Assembly (NCBI GenBank): GCA_001949185.1
Contig: BDGG01000009.1
Coordinates: 1,229,624 to 1,293,623, forward strand
Source of the DNA: Ramazzottius varieornatus
Lineage: Eukaryota > Animalia > Tardigrada
Direction: 5' to 3'
Length of the DNA stretch: 64,000 nucleotides
Below the pieces are notes generated by a model. It was given only the letters and a program-made list of their open reading frames with translations, made no database searches and was not told where the DNA came from. A program made the position numbers and the translations under genes. This document shows positions 59,489 to 64,000 of this stretch, piece after piece; the first letter of the stretch is position 1; the number at the start of each line of letters is the position of its first letter.

Positions 59489-62400
59489 ATGAGCCACAAC
59501 ACATCGTCTTCTGATCTGCAACGGGAATGGAACATTTTGAAGGCAAGACGGAATGCCAATGTGGAGGACAAGTTTGAGGTACTGGATGCCAGGGATCGGA
59601 TACAACGCTCAAGGTTGAAAAGCCAGCAGAAAGGCTTGGACGAGGAGGACGATGCGGAGGTGGTAATCAAGGGCAGAGGCCTGGAGATGTGCCCGGAGAA
59701 AGAGCGCTATCAGCGGCTGAAGGAAAAGCGAGTGGACACCTGGGAGGAGAACGGACAGCTCATTAAAGATTTCTCCAGGTATAATAAGACGCAAGCTACG
59801 TCCGTCAGACTCTGCCAATAATTGCATTGATTTTCTACAGGCAAGCCGCCGATCAAGATATGCCCCTGCCTTCCGAGCTGCGAACAGAAGGCACTCTTCG
59901 CTCCACCATGGACTACCTCCTTCGAGAGATCATCAGTCGGCCACCGGAGAACCCGGAGAATCCGGCCGGATGGTACGACTTTGTGTGGAGGCGATTACGA
60001 GCTATTCGGAAAGAGATCACGCAACAGAGACTGACAGGAGCAGTTGTCGCCTCCATCCTCGAAGACATGTGCCGTTTCCACTTGGTCTCCTGCCATATGT
60101 TCTGCCAGGCCGACCACAGTCAGTTCGACCATAAGTTCAATCTGGAAGCTGTCAACGACTGCTTGGCCAGCCTCACTCGCATCTACGCCGACATGGAAGT
60201 GGAGAAGGTGTATTCGGCCAATGCCGCCGAGATGCGCTCCTACGAGATGCTGCTGCGCATATGGAGCGACAAAGTGGACCTGGTCAAGATCACTTCCCTG
60301 GTCTTACAGCTGCCAGCTGAGCTTCAGGCACAGCCAGAAGTGGCTTTCGCCCGGAAGGTGGTCAGCGCTTGCAACAGTCGCCTCTATTGCGAGTACATTG
60401 CCTTGTTGAGGCAAGCGGACTATGTGACGGCTTGCTTGATGCACTACTACCTGCCGATGGTGCAGGCCCGAGCACTGCACCATCTGGCCATCTCAAGTGG
60501 CCCCAGAAGCAAAGGGGCCATCTCCCTGCCGCTAGACTTTGTCCAGTCGACCTTCGGTCTGAATACGGCCAAAGAGCTTGACATTTTCTGCACGTACCAC
60601 GGACTGGAGTGGAGAGCAGGCGAAGCGCTGGTCACCTTTAACGCCGCTTCAAGCGCAAGGCGCGACCCAAAGACGTTCCCCCGTGTACGCTCGCTGGAGT
60701 ATGTGGAGAGTAAGGTTGGTGGCCGCAACATGGCAGAAACCATCGCGCGCAAAAAGTTCAGCGATATCCCGGCGCCCACAACCATCCAGGTTTATTCCTT
60801 CGACGAGAATGACGTCTACAGCGGAGAAGATCCCTGGACAAGCGTCATTTCCAACATGGTCAAGATTCCTCCTCCACAAACTACCAAGCAGCCCACCATT
60901 GGCTTCTTCCAGCATTTATTGCAGGTATTGACTCCGGAGTTTCAGCTGTCAAAAATTGTAGAGCTTTAAGTAGCATGGGAGTTTTGTAGGCTCAAAAGGT
61001 GGCTGCTGATCTTCCGTCACAAGTGGCAACTTCCACCTTCACCTTCAAGTCGCCATCCAGCAGCCCCGTCAGTTCAAGCTGGCAGCCGTCGTCTCCGCAC
61101 AAGATCGGTCCACCGACTGGGCCAGCATCCCTCAGCCGTTTCAGTCTGAAACGGACGCTGTCCTCCGCTGATGCAGGAGAAGAGGAAGCAGTGCTCTTCC
61201 TCGGGTCCAAGCGTCCGCAGGGGCCAAGCAGTCCTCCACTTGCGCTCAGTCCGCCGCCACTAGCCTCGCTGCCCGTAGAAACAAGTCGCCACGAGACAGC
61301 CACACCGCCCACTCCGGCCAAAGTCCCGCCGCACCTCACCGAAGAGAAGGCGGACCAGCAAGTCCACAAAGATTATCCACTCCCTACTCACCTCAAACTG
61401 GTAAGCAAGATTTTAGCAGCGTTGAATAAATGTCATATATATCCAAGGCTTGTCAGGTGATTGTCCAAGTTGGCTGATGGTGTCTTGTTGTACGTGTAGA
61501 TCAGAGGACGGGCCGTTTGTCATGGCGGCGGCATCCTCCATGCCGTCTTCAAGGCATGGCGAACCTACGCTCACAGCATTCGACAGCCCACCTTTCACTT
61601 TGGGCCCATTGATGCGCCGGTCCAGCAAGTGCAACGAGCCCAAGCCCTGGCCAAAAAGGAGGCCAACCAGTGGTTATGGAGCAAATGGCCCATTCGCTCT
61701 TTCCTGCGGGAAAGGCCAGACTTTGACGTCGGCCTCCTTCTCTACTTGTATATCGACCGTCAGGCTGCTCCAAGCCACCGTATGGCGACCTGGCTGCGCA
61801 CCAAACTGGGCGACCCTCGGCCCGAAGAGCAGCAACCTGCCGTCAGGCTTCTGACATTCAGCGAAGGTCCCCAAGAGCTCAGCATACTTTTCCTTGACGT
61901 TTGCCAAGATGTGCAGGCAGCCCACACAGCTGTTGGCCATGTAAGGGACCATGTCGGCGCTCTGTGCATGTACTGCGCCACCAAAGCCGACCTGGCTGTG
62001 GCCCAGTCTTTCCGACACGACCTGCATGATGGCACAGACCAGACACTGCCGGCGGCCTTGTTCTGCCCCGGGCAAGAGGTAGCAGAGGAAGAGGTGGATG
62101 GTCTGCCGGGCAATCTTCTCCTCCAGGTGGCGCTGACGTCGAGTCAGCCCTCGCTGCAGCTCAGTGTGGCGCTCTGGGACAGCATCAAGCTGCTTCTCGT
62201 CAGGCGCATACCTGCTCGTATCCCCCACAGCGTGACCCTTCTCCACCTCCTCTCTCAGTTGTACTGCGATTTCCTCAAGATGTCTCGCGCGCTGCAAGCA
62301 GAGATGAGGGAAGAGCTGTCGAGCAAACAGCTGCGCCACGTTTGGAACGCCTTGGTGGACACTTACTTGCAAGAGCGAGACTTCCTTCTCGACAAAGGCC

Positions 62401-63012
62401 GCATGTGTGACTGGCTGGTACAGAAACTGCCAGACAATGAGCTGGCCACTTTTCTAAAGGTACACTGCTTTATGGTGCAAAGAAATACTTTTCGCATATT
62501 TTGTATTGGTTGATCATCCTCCTTCCTTCTTTCAGGTCTCCGACGATGACGAAACATGGAGCTACTCGCCAGTCGATATTTTCCCCATTGGCCTGACTTT
62601 CGAGCTAACTTGCGCTTCGCAGGAAACACGGGGTCTTTTGGCCATAGTGGCGCAGAAGCTGTCCATCGTCACAGCCGCAGCATCGCTTTACGATCCGGTC
62701 AGCCGCTCCCCTTCCTCCTCCCGGCCGCTCCCTGATTTTGATCTGATGCTGAAAAAATACTTGGAGGAGCTGGACACGACATGCAGCTCGACTTCTTCTG
62801 CGGCAAGTAGCGGACAAGAGGACGACGATGTGGATGGCGGCGCGAAGAAGCTATCCAGGTTTGAACGACCATCGAACGATACGGCTTCCTCAGCAGATAA
62901 GGATAGGGAGTCCCTTAGTTATGCCTTTCAGTCTGTTCGACAGACGCGTAACCACTTGTCAGAGTGGTTTACCGGGCTGTCCACTTTGCTCAACGATCTC
63001 GATTCACTGTGA
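59489..63012 (+). CDS. MCM3AP: GANP/MCM3AP/Sac3-family TREX-2 scaffold, beginning almost directly at the Sac3 domain
   Basis: DKFEVLDARDRIQR...MCPEKERYQR...KDFSR|QAADQDMPLPSELR...TMDYLL...WYDFVWRRLRAIRKEITQQ. In-frame stops at 59471-59476 precede the ATG. Five exons. Confidence 0.82.
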
Positions 63013-63203
63013 TGTTTCATCATAACTTAAAACATCACATTCCGTAATCTTTACTAGTAGCGCTTCGATATTCGCTTGATTCAGTTATTGAATCGGAACT
63101 AGTGATAACAGGTTATTAATGTTCAATCGGTAACTTCGAAAAGGACAATCATTGTCTATAATATAGACATAATAACATCGGCGAGTTATTGTCAAACTGG
63201 TTA

Positions 63204-63546
63204 CGAGGTAAAGGACATAATTCTGGCATACCGATTTTCGCACCATAATTCGGGCAACGCGAAACGTTTAAACATTATCGTCAACGCTTGATTCATCTCT
63301 CATCGTACGCTTGTTGATACAACATTAGGCTTTTTGACATTGGACAGACCCATCCCCATCCCTCCGGGCCGAATTCCCGTGCTCCACATCGCTTTGTCGT
63401 TCTCAAACCTATTGAAACTTCAAGGAGAGAGATCGGTCTATCTCAGGAAACAAGGAGCAGTTCATTACGCCCAGCAAGAGCTGAGAAAAAATATGCCCGA
63501 ATTACGAGTGAAAAACCACTATGCCCGAATTATGTCGTTTACCTCG
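63204..63546. mobile_element. ~340-bp mariner-type MITE, same family as 21120-21460
   Basis: TA|CGAGGTAAAGGACATAATTCTGGCATA ... TATGCCCGAATTATGTCGTTTACCTCG. Confidence 0.82.
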
Positions 63547-64000
63547 AACTTCCCAGCATAGGTAAATGCCGTGGAACATCATTACTGGCTTACAACTGCC
63601 GACTTCGATAGTGTTGAGTGCCGGCTATGCTTGCCAGCAGATGACTACTCCGTAAACCTGCAAGCTTAATTATCTTCAGTGGCCCCTGGCAAACACCAAC
63701 AGATGGATAGAACAGCTAACTTAGGCCGCGTACCCACAGTTTCAAAATTTGCCGGTTCATCGCGATCGATCAGTGTTGAGGTCGGCATGACATTGTGCAC
63801 AAATCTTTTGAAGTTTTGGCTTTGCATTGCATATATTACGGAAGCTACGGGCAGGTATCACTAACCGCGATAACGAGACAGAATTATGTGAGTGGTACAG
63901 TACTGTAACGGTTGCTTTATTGGCACACTGGTGCTCGGCAAGCACTGATGTGCTGCTGAAGCGCCCGTTGCTGGAAGGAAGAACGCCGTAAAGTATCCTT

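Overview
This is a gene-dense animal (invertebrate) genomic window with many 55-90 bp GT-AG introns, so the six-frame ORF track only captures exon fragments. The style is compatible with a compact ecdysozoan genome such as a tardigrade, but the species cannot be shown from the sequence. Left to right it holds: a ZMYND8/RACK7-type chromatin reader (+, 5' end outside the window); a diverged tandem paralog lacking MYND; a ~10 kb transposon graveyard (Tc1/mariner and hAT-like MITEs, an RLE-clade non-LTR RT fragment, a dead intron-containing Sola transposase) with a small orphan membrane-protein gene; huntingtin (-, no polyQ) head-to-head with Sec20/BNIP1; an INPP5K-like phosphatase tail-to-tail with SART3; a CYP18/CYP306-like P450 with a ~4 kb first intron; a divergent UAP56/DDX39 helicase; and an N-terminally short GANP/Sac3 gene. 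The most striking unexplained structure is a ~120-bp palindromic element with core GATCGTTTTCCCAAGTGGCGCAC-N25-GTGCGCCACTTGGGAAAACGATC. I counted 27 units at 17 loci, and 16 loci lie in small introns of ZMYND8, its paralog, HTT and Sec20. The spacer length is nearly fixed while its sequence diverges. I saw no copies in the transposon graveyard or beyond 35.5 kb. All coordinates, exon boundaries and counts were read by eye.
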